64,000 bases of DNA from Patescibacteria group bacterium (GCA_041658665.1 JBAZZR010000002.1:243437-307436); one strand, 5' to 3'. Counted from the first letter of the stretch, positions 27,674 to 38,414 are shown. Numbers and translations: made by a program. Notes: a model not told the origin generated them from the letters alone.

Positions 27674-28021
27674 TTATTTCTTGATAGTAGCGATTAAAGC
27701 CGCTAAAACCTCTTTATCTTTTACCGCCAAATCCGCTAATATTTTTCGATCAATTTCTACCTTATTTTTCTTTAAGAGATCAATAAAGCGTGAGTAAGAC
27801 AAGTCATGATTACGGACAAAAGCATTTATCTTAATTTGCCATAAACCACGCATAGTTCTTTTTTTCTTACGACGATCAGTATAGGCATGCGCCCCTGCTT
27901 TAGTCCGAGCGGTTTTTGCTAATTTAATTAATTTTTTGCGACCCCATTTATAACCCTTAACATCTTTCAGGATGTTCTTTCTTCTTTTGACATGGATCAT
28001 TCCACGCTTTACTCTAGGCAT
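27674..28021 (-). CDS. rplT: 50S ribosomal protein L20
   Basis: MPRVKRGMIHVKRRKNILK...GYKWGRKK...ARTKAGAHAY matches L20. Confidence 0.9.
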   Translation of the reverse strand: MPRVKRGMIHVKRRKNILKDVKGYKWGRKKLIKLAKTARTKAGAHAYTDRRKKKRTMRGLWQIKINAFVRNHDLSYSRFIDLLKKNKVEIDRKILADLAVKDKEVLAALIATIKK

Positions 28022-28087
28022 AGGATTAAATTATTGAAAGACTGAAAAATCAATTTAGCACTGTAAACAATTTTTCAATTCTATATT

Positions 28088-28285
28088 CTAATTATAAGGT
28101 GTTAAAAATTTAATGGTTTTTTCTAAAGTTTTAGTAGTTGAGATATCTAAACGTTTCTTTCTGGTAGTGTTCCCCGTTTCCCGAGAATTAAAATGATCCT
28201 GACCGGCTTTTCTCTGGGTCAATTTATTTTTTCCAGTCTTCTTAAAACGTTTTACTGTAGCTTGATGAGTCTTAATTTTTGGCAT
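28088..28285 (-). CDS. rpmI: 50S ribosomal protein L35
   Basis: MPKIKTHQATVKRFKKTGKNKL...RKAGQDHFN matches L35. Located between infC and rplT. Confidence 0.85.
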   Translation of the reverse strand: MPKIKTHQATVKRFKKTGKNKLTQRKAGQDHFNSRETGNTTRKKRLDISTTKTLEKTIKFLTPYN

Positions 28286-28406
28286 ATTCTTTTGGCTAAT
28301 ACTAACCGCCCTATTGAGAAAATTAATTCCCCCTTGATCGTCTCCTCGCTAGTTAGTAGATTTCCAGATTAAAAAACAGGTTAATACCTGATTGGAGTTT
28401 ATTACT

Positions 28407-28961
28407 TTATTTCTTATTGATCAATATCATAGTAAATCTTCCGCCCTGATTTGTCAAGGGTTGTTCAATTTCAATATTAAAATCAGGGTTAGTCTGCAAC
28501 TTAGCGGCAAAATTTCTAACTATTTCAGCCGCTTTTTGCGGATATTGACGCTCGCGCCCTCTTAAAATAAGCTCTATTTTAATTTTATTATCTTTAGATA
28601 AAAATTTTCCCGCTTGAATTTGTCTCATTTCTCGGTCGTGCTCACTGATTCGGAAAGACAAACGAATATTCTTGGTTTCAGTCTTCTTTTGCTGCATTTT
28701 CTGCTTATGAGCTTGTTTTTCACGCTCATACTTTAATTGACCGAGATTAACAATCTTAACCACCGGCGGTTCCGCCTTAGGATTAACTTCCACTAAATCG
28801 AGGCCCGCTTCTTCGGCCATCGCGATCGCTTGAATAGTAGTCAATTTACCGATTGCTTCATTATTCTCGTCAATCAAAAAAACTTCAGGAACGCGGATCT
28901 GATTATTAGCCCGAAAACTAGGCGCTTCTTTACGTTCGACGCGATGGAATTTAATACGCAT
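28407..28961 (-). CDS. infC: Translation initiation factor IF-3
   Basis: INNQIRVPEVFLIDENNEAIGKLTTIQAIAMAEEAGLDLVEVNPKAEPPVVKI... shows both the IF3 N and C domains. Conserved infC-rpmI-rplT order. Confidence 0.85.
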   Translation of the reverse strand: MRIKFHRVERKEAPSFRANNQIRVPEVFLIDENNEAIGKLTTIQAIAMAEEAGLDLVEVNPKAEPPVVKIVNLGQLKYEREKQAHKQKMQQKKTETKNIRLSFRISEHDREMRQIQAGKFLSKDNKIKIELILRGRERQYPQKAAEIVRNFAAKLQTNPDFNIEIEQPLTNQGGRFTMILINKK

Positions 28962-29055
28962 TTTAGTATTTAAAAAATTATCTTTTATTAGGTGAGATTA
29001 TTATATATGTTTTATAGCTTAAAATAAGCAAAAAGTCAAAGATGAAAATGAAAAA

Positions 29056-30198
29056 CTATTTGAATTGAGAGATGGCCATTTCAATAAAACCAAACCCAAT
29101 ATCTTTTAAACCCGCTTCATTAGACTCTAAAATAACCACATCATGATCTTCAATAATTTCCTTAATATTTAAAGCTCCTTTATCTAAAGGCAAAAAAGTA
29201 TTGGCGGGATATTGAGAATTTTTGCTAAAGTAATAATAAAAATTTGAATCGCCAATAATTTTAGCTTCTTTAACAACACGCAGTATATTCCAAATAAAAC
29301 TCCCCCCGACGATAAGTAGCCGGGGACGATAAGTAGAGTTATTAATTATTCGTGGCCGAGGGTAGGGTAGTGGTTCATAAAATATTTCTTCTTGCCAAAT
29401 ATTTATTAAATCGGCTAAATCTCTGTCTTCTTTACGCGCCGACTGTAAAATTTCTATATCAGTGCAAGAAATCTGAGGCCAATTTGGATCACTTTCATCT
29501 AAATTATAAAATAACTGGGCAGAAACTAAGCAGGCGCCCAAATAATTCCAATGAATACCCCCTTTGGCGAAAAGAACATAGGGGCTAGATTGTTTAAGGC
29601 TCGATAGATAAACATGACTGTCAAAATAAGACACTTTATATTTATCTAATAAATCGCGATAAATATTATAATTCGTTAATTTATCACCCTGATACTTCGT
29701 AACACCAAGCGGCAAATATTCTGGATAAATGGCCGCCTTACTCGGGCTGAGCAAAACCATAAACTTTTTTCCTCGAGACTCGACTAAATTCTGTAATACT
29801 TTTATATTTTTTACTTTATTTTCAATATCTCCAGGCGCCATAATCTCAGGAGACTCATAATCATCGATATATCCTTTTTCATACAACTGATTATTTCTCC
29901 CGATAACAATCGGAGCATTAGTCTTCTGACTTATTTCTTGAAACAAAGAAAAATTCAATTGATTGTCAGTTTTAACAAAATAAGCGCGTAGTCCTAGATG
30001 ATTACCCAACCACTCGTCAAAATATTTTTGGAAATCACCAGTGAACCAACTCGACCAAGAAAAATTAAAAACCTTGTCTTCGAACACTACTCCGTTTAAG
30101 GATGTCTCCGGCAAAAACGGCCATAACGTCTGTACGAACGGCAAACTAATCAGAAAAAAGAAGGCGGTTAAGAAAATAATTTTAATATATTTAGACAT
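29056..30198 (-). CDS. Secreted/membrane-anchored protein partnered with the MBOAT acyltransferase (AlgX/AlgJ/DltD-like accessory candidate)
   Basis: N-terminal signal/TM. Sits 12 nt downstream of the MBOAT gene on the same strand. The family assignment is by context only. Confidence 0.3.
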   Translation of the reverse strand: MSKYIKIIFLTAFFFLISLPFVQTLWPFLPETSLNGVVFEDKVFNFSWSSWFTGDFQKYFDEWLGNHLGLRAYFVKTDNQLNFSLFQEISQKTNAPIVIGRNNQLYEKGYIDDYESPEIMAPGDIENKVKNIKVLQNLVESRGKKFMVLLSPSKAAIYPEYLPLGVTKYQGDKLTNYNIYRDLLDKYKVSYFDSHVYLSSLKQSSPYVLFAKGGIHWNYLGACLVSAQLFYNLDESDPNWPQISCTDIEILQSARKEDRDLADLINIWQEEIFYEPLPYPRPRIINNSTYRPRLLIVGGSFIWNILRVVKEAKIIGDSNFYYYFSKNSQYPANTFLPLDKGALNIKEIIEDHDVVILESNEAGLKDIGFGFIEMAISQFK

Positions 30199-30210
30199 GG
30201 CCGTAAATTT

Positions 30211-31698
30211 TTAAAAACGAAAATAGATAAAAGGGTTAAACTGCGAATTAGTTAAAGACATCAGGGAAAGGAGTAAAATTAGAAAACTAAAAAAATACTT
30301 AACTATTAATTGCTCAGAAATAAAACGATGGGTTAATTTATCAACTAAACGTTCAAATAACTTAGTGGCGGGGAAAAAACTTACAAAAATAGCTAAAATA
30401 AAAATAAATAATTGCCGGTGACTATATAAATCTAAACTACTAACTATCTCTGTTAGTCTAAAGGCTGAAAAATTAAATAAACTTCTTAAATAACGCCAGG
30501 CTAAAGACAGATCTTCTATTCTAAAAAATACCCAACTTAAATTAATAGCTAAAAAAGTTAAAAAAATATTTATTCCCCTGTTCAGACGACTACTTATTTT
30601 CAACCAGAACAAACGATCAATCGTTAAAAATAAGCCATGAATCGCCCCCCAAATTATAAAATTCCAATTAGCGCCATGCCATAACCCCGAGAGCAAAAAA
30701 ACCAACCAAAGATTAATATAAGTCCGAGTAGTAGAGATTCTATTTCCGCCCAAAGGAATATACAAATATTCTCGCATCCAAGTTGATAAAGAAATATGCC
30801 AGCGGCGCCAAAACTCCGTAATATTTTGTGAAATATAAGGATAATTAAAATTTTCTTTAAAGTGAAAGCCTAATAAACGAGCGAGACCGATGGCCATATC
30901 CGAATAACCAGAAAAATCAAAATAAATTTGTAAAGCATAACCAATAATACCCAGCCAAGCATAAACCAAAGGCAAGGGAGCGACCGCCGATAAATTAAAA
31001 ATCCGATCGGCAAATTCGCCTAAAGAATTAGCCAACAAAACTTTTTTACCTAATCCTAAAGAGAAACGATAAACGCCATAACTTAAATTTTCTAAAGAAT
31101 GGCGACGTGATTTTAATTCTTCGGCAATATCGCTGTAGCGAACAATCGGACCGGCAATAACGTGAGGAAAGAGCATAAGATAGGCGGCAAAATCTATTAA
31201 GCTACGCGCCGGCCTAAGGTTCCCCCGATAAACTTCAAAAATATAACTCAGTTCTTGAAAAATAGTAAAAGATATCCCAATCGGCAAGAGAACTGGCGAC
31301 CAGGCAATTGCTGAGAAACCAAATCCACTTAGTAGAGTATTAAACTGATCCACAAAAAAATTACTGTATTTAAAATAAGCTAACAACCCCAAATTCATTA
31401 AAATCGAAATAATAAAAAGAATTTTTGGGGCCAATTTAACTAAATAATTTAAACTAACCCCATATAGCTGTCTACCGGCTAACCGTCCAAACTTCAATTC
31501 AAATATAAGTAAGCTCACTAAATAATCAGCGGTAATAGTCCCCAATAATAAAAAGGCAAAACGGGGAGCACCCCAAGAATAAAAAAAATAACCACCAATC
31601 AAAATAAATAAATTCTTAAAACGACCGGGCGTAAGATAGTACAAAGCCAGAAAAATCGGTAGAAATAAAAAAATGAATATTGTAGAACTAAAAACCAT
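30211..31698 (-). CDS. MBOAT-family membrane O-acyltransferase (AlgI/DltB/PatA-like)
   Basis: Polytopic membrane protein with the MBOAT signature WRRWHISLSTWMREYLYIPLGGNR, containing the conserved His. Confidence 0.8.
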   Translation of the reverse strand: MVFSSTIFIFLFLPIFLALYYLTPGRFKNLFILIGGYFFYSWGAPRFAFLLLGTITADYLVSLLIFELKFGRLAGRQLYGVSLNYLVKLAPKILFIISILMNLGLLAYFKYSNFFVDQFNTLLSGFGFSAIAWSPVLLPIGISFTIFQELSYIFEVYRGNLRPARSLIDFAAYLMLFPHVIAGPIVRYSDIAEELKSRRHSLENLSYGVYRFSLGLGKKVLLANSLGEFADRIFNLSAVAPLPLVYAWLGIIGYALQIYFDFSGYSDMAIGLARLLGFHFKENFNYPYISQNITEFWRRWHISLSTWMREYLYIPLGGNRISTTRTYINLWLVFLLSGLWHGANWNFIIWGAIHGLFLTIDRLFWLKISSRLNRGINIFLTFLAINLSWVFFRIEDLSLAWRYLRSLFNFSAFRLTEIVSSLDLYSHRQLFIFILAIFVSFFPATKLFERLVDKLTHRFISEQLIVKYFFSFLILLLSLMSLTNSQFNPFIYFRF

Positions 31699-31815
31699 AA
31701 TGATAAAACAAAAAATGCTTCAATATCATACTAAACTCATCATAAACATTATAGCATTAAAATATTAAGCGGCTAAAGCCGACTCCGACTCAAAATTAAC
31801 CGCTTATTTTACCTC

Positions 31816-31844
31816 TTGACAAGGAAATTAGATTAATATAAAAT
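31816..31844 (+). promoter_or_regulatory. Consensus sigma70-like promoter (TTGACA-17-TAAAAT), candidate rRNA promoter about 220 nt upstream of the 16S
   Basis: Hexamers and spacing seen directly. Confidence 0.5.
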
Positions 31845-31973
31845 GAATTTATTAAAAATAAAACAAAATAGTTTCATAAAAGCAAGATATGTTTTATATC
31901 TCTGTTTTTTTCTGTCTATTTTGGCACCTTAAAAAATCAATAAACACAATCATGGTGATGGTTAAATTTTGAT

Positions 31974-31991
31974 GCTAATTGGCATCAATTC
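31974..31991 (+). other. 5' arm of the 16S rRNA processing stem
   Basis: ctaattggcatcaattcg is perfectly complementary (18/18) to cgaattgatgccaattag at 33631-33648, flanking the 16S on both sides. Confidence 0.6.
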
Positions 31992-32064
31992 GAAAAAAAA
32001 ATTTTGTCCGTTTTTTAAACGGAATCATATACGAAAACGCAAGTTTTCAATTAGAGTCAATCAA

Positions 32065-33547
<1,483 letters not shown>

Positions 33548-33630
33548 TAGGGAGAAAATTTCTTACTTCTTCGGAAATAAGAAATAGTCGCCTCCGGCAT
33601 GACGCTGGAGTGGTTATCGCGAGATAACAA

Positions 33631-33648
33631 CGAATTGATGCCAATTAG
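33631..33648 (+). other. 3' arm of the 16S rRNA processing stem
   Basis: Complement of 31974-31991, seen directly. Confidence 0.6.
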
Positions 33649-33674
33649 ACTTGAAATGCATTATCATGATATAC

Positions 33675-33701
33675 AAAAAAACCGCTTGCAAGCGGTTTTT
33701 T
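33675..33701. terminator. Bidirectional intrinsic terminator serving the 16S (+) and trpS (-)
   Basis: aaaaaaaccgcttgcaagcggtttttt seen directly. No 23S or spacer tRNA follows. Confidence 0.6.
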
Positions 33702-33823
33702 AGTTTTTTTTAACTTAGGTCAAAACTTATTCAATAATTACTGCTGTGCCATAACACAAAACTTCAGTCACTCCGCCCATTACTTCCGTGGCATCATAAA
33801 ATTTAAAAATTATTATTTAAAAT

Positions 33824-34813
33824 TTATTTAACCCCAATTAATTTTCTCACCACCTCTAATTTTTTCTGAGCGATGGCTTCGGCTTTCTCGCGGCCATTCT
33901 CTAATATTTCTAAAACCTCTTCGTCACTAATATTTTCATATTTTTTCTGAAAATCTCCTAAAAATTTAGCGACGACTTCGGCTAAATCTTTCTTAAAATC
34001 ACCGTAACCTCTGCCTTTATAATCTTTAACTAGGCGCGGAATTTCACGATTGCCCAAAACCGCATAAATTGTTAAAAGATTGGAAAGAGCTGGCTTATTT
34101 TCTATATCATAGTCGATCTCATCGCCTGAATCAGTGATCGCGCGCATTATTTTTTTTCTCGCTGCTTCTAGATCATCTAATAAACCGATACAATTATTTT
34201 GATTTTCATCACTCTTACTCATTTTCTTGGCCGGATCAAGCAACGACATTATTCGCGAACCCTCTCGACGGGCGACGGCCTGAGGGATTTTAAAAATACT
34301 ACCAAAATCTTTATTAAAACGCCGCGCAATATCGCGAGTTAATTCAACATGTTGCTGTTGATCCGCCCCAATCGGCACAATATCAGTATCATACAATAAT
34401 ATATCAGCCGCCATTAAAACCGGATAATCATACAAACCAACGCTCACCGCTTCCTGATTTTTGCCAGCTTTATCCTTAAACTGAGTCATCTTATTTAAGT
34501 CAGCAATATAGGCTCCATAACAATTAAAGATCCAAGCTAGTTCGGTATGCGCCGGAATGGCCGATTGTTGGAAAATAATGGATTTTTTCGGATCAATACC
34601 GGCCGCTAAATAAATTTTAGCGACTTCGATAATTCGTTTTCTTAATGCTGTCGGATCTTGCTTAACGGTAATTGCGTGATAATCGACAATCGAAAAAATA
34701 CAATCATATTCTTTTTGCATTTTCACCCATTGAGAAATCGCTCCGATATAATTACCAATATTCAAGCGACCGCTAGGCTGAATACCAGAAAAAATAATTT
34801 TGGTAGTAGTCAT
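33824..34813 (-). CDS. trpS: Tryptophan--tRNA ligase
   Basis: Class I HIGH-like motif (GIQPSGRLNIGNYIGA) and KMSKS. Length 329 aa. Confidence 0.9.
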   Translation of the reverse strand: MTTTKIIFSGIQPSGRLNIGNYIGAISQWVKMQKEYDCIFSIVDYHAITVKQDPTALRKRIIEVAKIYLAAGIDPKKSIIFQQSAIPAHTELAWIFNCYGAYIADLNKMTQFKDKAGKNQEAVSVGLYDYPVLMAADILLYDTDIVPIGADQQQHVELTRDIARRFNKDFGSIFKIPQAVARREGSRIMSLLDPAKKMSKSDENQNNCIGLLDDLEAARKKIMRAITDSGDEIDYDIENKPALSNLLTIYAVLGNREIPRLVKDYKGRGYGDFKKDLAEVVAKFLGDFQKKYENISDEEVLEILENGREKAEAIAQKKLEVVRKLIGVK

Positions 34814-34861
34814 ACAAACAGCATAAATAATTAATCTCTTACTTTTATTGTACTGAAAATA

Positions 34862-36091
34862 CTAGCGAAAAGCAATTTCGCCATATTTTTCTTCAATATA
34901 ATCCAGGTCTTTATCACCTCTCCCCGATAAATTAACAATAATTATTTGGTCAGAACTTAATTTAGGGGCAGTCTTGATCGCCTGAGCAATAGCATGAGCG
35001 CTTTCTAGAGCCGGGATAATCCCCTCTAAGCGAGAAAGTAAAACGAAGGCTTCTACGGCTTCTTGATCGCTGACTGTTGTATATTCAACTCGTCCCGTGT
35101 CTTTTAAAAAAGAATGAATTGGACCAATCCCGGGATAATCTAACCCGGAAGCAATAGAATGGACCGGTTGAGGCTGACCATTTTTATCCTGTAACAAATA
35201 AGTATGCATACCATGCAAAGTGCCCGGCTGGCCATAAGTCAGTGTCGCGGCATGTTCACCAACGCCACGGCCTCGTCCACTCGGCTCAGCGCCAATCATC
35301 TTTACAGTCGCTTCATCTAAAAATTCGTAAAATAGGCCGAGGGCATTAGACCCGCCCCCAACACAACCGATCAAAACGTCGGGTAAACGATTTTCTTTAT
35401 CTAGTATTTGTTGTTTAGCTTCCCGACCAACAATACTTTGGAAATAGGCGACTAATGAGGGGTAGGGATGGGGGCCGACGACCGAACCAATGGCGAAAAA
35501 AGTCGTTTGGTACTCTTTCATATAAGTCATAAAGGCACTATCAACTGCGTCTTTAAGTGATTGTCCACCCGATTCTACTTCGACTACCGTGGCCCCCAAT
35601 AATTTCATTCGCTTAACATTTTCTTGCTGTTTCTTAATATCAATCGCGCCCATATGAATTTCGCATTCAAGTCCCATCACGGCTGCAGCCGTAGCGAGCG
35701 CCACGCCATGCTGGCCCGCTCCGGTTTCAGCCAACACTTTTTTCTTTCCTAAGCGCTTCGCTAACAATGTTTCGCCTAAACAGTGATTAATTTTATGAGC
35801 TCCAGTATGATTAAGATCTTCTCGCTTCAAATAGATTTTAGCACCACCCAACTTCTTAGTTAAATTTTTCGCGTAGTAAAGCGGGGAAGGACGACCGACA
35901 TAATCACGTAATAAAGATTGATACTCTGCTAAAAACAAGGGGTCTCTTTTAGCTTCGCTAAAAGCGGCTTCGACTTCACGCAAAGCGGGAATTAATTCTG
36001 CGGGGACAAACTGACCGCCATAAGGGCCATAAAAGCCGTCTTTATCAGGCAAACTATGATAAGATTCCTTAAAAATTATTTTATTAGACAT
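34862..36091 (-). CDS. trpB: Tryptophan synthase beta chain (stand-alone; no trpA in window)
   Basis: PLP-lysine region LKREDLNHTGAHKINHCL, GAGQHGVALA, GGGSNALG and SGRGDKD give high similarity to canonical TrpB1 throughout. Confidence 0.85.
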   Translation of the reverse strand: MSNKIIFKESYHSLPDKDGFYGPYGGQFVPAELIPALREVEAAFSEAKRDPLFLAEYQSLLRDYVGRPSPLYYAKNLTKKLGGAKIYLKREDLNHTGAHKINHCLGETLLAKRLGKKKVLAETGAGQHGVALATAAAVMGLECEIHMGAIDIKKQQENVKRMKLLGATVVEVESGGQSLKDAVDSAFMTYMKEYQTTFFAIGSVVGPHPYPSLVAYFQSIVGREAKQQILDKENRLPDVLIGCVGGGSNALGLFYEFLDEATVKMIGAEPSGRGRGVGEHAATLTYGQPGTLHGMHTYLLQDKNGQPQPVHSIASGLDYPGIGPIHSFLKDTGRVEYTTVSDQEAVEAFVLLSRLEGIIPALESAHAIAQAIKTAPKLSSDQIIIVNLSGRGDKDLDYIEEKYGEIAFR

Positions 36092-36591
36092 ATAATTAGT
36101 TTAAATTTATTAAATAAGGTTCAATAAAACTGCCGATATTAATTATCGACTGAAACAGGTATAGTTTCGCCAAGAATGATTGGTGCGATTGTAAAAATAA
36201 AATTTATCCATAAATTAGTAGTCGGGCCTATTCTGGTATATCTCAGCTCACCCTAATAAAAAAGACCCCAAGGGGGGCCAGCCAAAAACCTTGTTCACCG
36301 TCTCCATTAATTATGACAACGGTTATCCTATGATTACGGAGGAAGCCGAATCTCCACTAACGCAGAGACTATCCCCCGGTCGAACACTATTATGCTCGCC
36401 GGTGTTTATGCCCAACCCCGGTAAATCCGGGACATAAACTAAGATTTTAGAATTGTAATTTGTACTAATAATGACAATATAGCTCACGAATCTAAAAGTG
36501 TCAATACTAAAAATAATTAAAATGGCTCCTTGAAAAATAAATTTTTTGTGTTAATATACAATCGAGGAAGATTCTCCTTTTTTTATTAGTT
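36092..36591 (-). ncRNA. About 500-nt ORF-free structured leader upstream of trpB on the minus strand (candidate regulatory RNA; identity unresolved)
   Basis: No ORF on either strand. The minus-strand RNA contains the GC hairpin GGCCCCCCUUGGGGUC plus U6, followed by AUUAGGGUG (partial T-box-like). Other local hairpins are present. Confidence 0.25.
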
Positions 36592-36662
36592 CGGGCTGTA
36601 GTATAATGGTAGTACGCGTGCATGGGGTGCATGTAGCCCCGGTTCGATTCCGGGCAGCCCGA
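36592..36662 (+). tRNA. tRNA-Pro (anticodon GGG)
   Basis: Manual fold: acceptor cgggctg/cagcccg, anticodon loop auGGGgu, T-loop ttcgatt. Confidence 0.7.
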
Positions 36663-36690
36663 CACTCTCAAAAAACAAGGAAATTAACAA

Positions 36691-36763
36691 GGGCTTGTAG
36701 CTCATCTGGTAGAGCGCTGCATTCGCATTGCAGAGGTAAGGGGTTCGAGTCCCCTCAAGTCCA
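36691..36763 (+). tRNA. tRNA-Ala (anticodon CGC)
   Basis: gggcttgtagctcatctggtagagcgctgcatTCGCATtgcag..., G3:U70 pair present, anticodon loop uuCGCau. Confidence 0.8.
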
Positions 36764-36829
36764 CCTTGACTCGCCGTAACTTTAGCTCGCTTCGCCTACG
36801 AAGCGAAGCAAGCGAAGACGGTGAATAAG

Positions 36830-36901
36830 CGGGCTGTGGTATAAAGGCTATTATACACGCTTCGGGTGCGTGTGATCCCAGTTCAATTCTGGGCAGCCCG
36901 A
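36830..36901 (+). tRNA. tRNA-Pro (anticodon CGG), CCA encoded
   Basis: The acceptor/T arms are near-identical to the tRNA-Pro(GGG) gene, the anticodon loop is uuCGGgu, and the 3' end is ...cagcccgacca. Confidence 0.75.
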
Positions 36902-36948
36902 CCATAATAATATACTCCCTAATTATTCTAGGAATTTGTTTTTTATTT

Positions 36949-38412
36949 ATGATAGATTTCAAAAAAAAAATAGAAGAAGATGAACGCTCCGCCGGCTACC
37001 AAAATAAACAGACGGATTATGAATACGAGAATATAATCATAAACAATAAAAAACGAAAACGATTAGTGACTTATGCTATTGCTATTCTTACTATCGCTTT
37101 AATATTCTCCGGAAAAATCTTGATGTCTAGTCAAAGCGCGACGACATGGTTCTCAGAAAATATTTTATTCAAAGGGCTAAAACATTTAGTACCCAGCGTC
37201 ACTAAACAAATAAACGGTGAGGAAACAGACCGAGTTAATATTCTTCTGTTAGGAATTGGCGGCGAAGGACACGACGGCGCTTATCTTACCGACACGATAA
37301 TACTAGCCAGCCTTAAACCATCGACTAAACAAGTCTCTTTAATATCTATCCCTCGTGATTTAGTTTCGCCGGTCAGCAATTGGCGAAAAATTAATAGTGT
37401 TAGTGCTCTAGCCGAACAACAGTTACCCGGTAGCGGTAGCGAAGCAACCGCACGAGCAATCGCGGAATTATTACAAATTCCTATTCATTATTATGTCCGG
37501 GCCGACTTCCAGGGATTTATTAATATTATCGATCAACTAGGCGGCGTAACTATTAATGTCGAAAATCAACTAGACGATTATTCTTATCCCATATTAGGCC
37601 GGGAAGATAACCCGAATTATTATTCTCGCTACGAGCATCTCCATATCGAAAAGGGCGAACAAACGATGGACGGATCATTAGCTTTAAAATATGCCCGGAG
37701 TCGTCATGCTCTAAATTCGGAAGGCTCTGATTTTGCTAGAGCACGACGGCAACAGTTAGTTTTAGAGGCTGTAAAAAACAAATTACTTTCCACTAAGACG
37801 CTGCTCAACCCCGTCATGATTAGTAAATTAATCGGAGAATTTAACAAAAATGTCGCCACTAGTTTAAATGCCTGGGAGATGCTAAGATTGTGGGACCTCT
37901 TTAAAGATATTGACCGGTCGCAAATTATTAATAAAGTTTTAAGCGATGCTCCAGATGGCCTATTAATTTCCGGCCGGGGAGAAGATGGCGCTTATATATT
38001 GACCCCTCGCTCCGGTAATTTCGCAGCTATCAGAAATTTAGTCCGAGACATCTTTGAGGTTAACGGTGTAATAGATAAACCGGCCGAAATAGAAATGATC
38101 CGAGATCATTCTAACGTAGTTATCCTAAACGGCACTTGGGTCAGCGGTTTAGCCGGAAAAGTAGCGGTCGATTTAGAACAAGTAAAATTCCAAATCAACA
38201 AAATCGGCAATGCGCCGACCAGAAATTATTCTCAAACAATAATTTATCCTTTATCGACTAGTACTAGCGCCCACTCTCTAAAAATTTTAACATCGACTAC
38301 CCAGGGTCTATTTTCTAACGAGCTGCCAGAATGGGCCAAAATTTATTACTCTAGCAGTTCTGAACCGGCTTTTCTCCTCATCTTAGGAAGTGACGCTAAT
38401 CAAAAAGATTAA
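36949..38412 (+). CDS. LytR-CpsA-Psr (LCP) family cell-envelope polymer transferase with C-terminal LytR_C-like domain
   Basis: N-terminal TM helix. LCP core VNILLLGIGGEGHDGAYLTDTIILASL...SIPRDL, with the conserved Arg/Asp residues. Confidence 0.75.
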   Translation: MIDFKKKIEEDERSAGYQNKQTDYEYENIIINNKKRKRLVTYAIAILTIALIFSGKILMSSQSATTWFSENILFKGLKHLVPSVTKQINGEETDRVNILLLGIGGEGHDGAYLTDTIILASLKPSTKQVSLISIPRDLVSPVSNWRKINSVSALAEQQLPGSGSEATARAIAELLQIPIHYYVRADFQGFINIIDQLGGVTINVENQLDDYSYPILGREDNPNYYSRYEHLHIEKGEQTMDGSLALKYARSRHALNSEGSDFARARRQQLVLEAVKNKLLSTKTLLNPVMISKLIGEFNKNVATSLNAWEMLRLWDLFKDIDRSQIINKVLSDAPDGLLISGRGEDGAYILTPRSGNFAAIRNLVRDIFEVNGVIDKPAEIEMIRDHSNVVILNGTWVSGLAGKVAVDLEQVKFQINKIGNAPTRNYSQTIIYPLSTSTSAHSLKILTSTTQGLFSNELPEWAKIYYSSSSEPAFLLILGSDANQKD

Positions 38413-38414
38413 AT

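Noticed and set aside
28286-28406. L20-binding autoregulatory leader for the infC-rpmI-rplT operon
   Set aside because: The spacers upstream of infC (94 nt) and between infC and rpmI (120 nt) are too short, and they lack the 23S-mimic pseudoknot seen in Bacillus. No convincing structure was found.
36092-36300. Canonical T-box riboswitch upstream of trpB
   Set aside because: Only AUUAGGGUG of the T-box consensus is present, and it lies 3' of, not within, the terminator-like hairpin. A canonical assignment is rejected, and a divergent variant is left open in the findings.
36092-36591. tmRNA, RNase P RNA or SRP RNA in the ORF-free region upstream of trpB
   Set aside because: There is no tag-peptide reading frame or tRNA-like 3' end (tmRNA), no P4 GGAAAGUCCGGGCUCC core (RNase P), and no GGAA-tetraloop/AGCAGC domain IV core (SRP) on either strand.
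36702-36962. 86-aa minus-strand ORF (…GLEPLTSAMRMQRSTR)
   Set aside because: It is the antisense of the tRNA-Ala(CGC)/tRNA-Pro(CGG) genes. The GLEPLTSA-type peptide is the usual artefact of reading a tRNA backwards.
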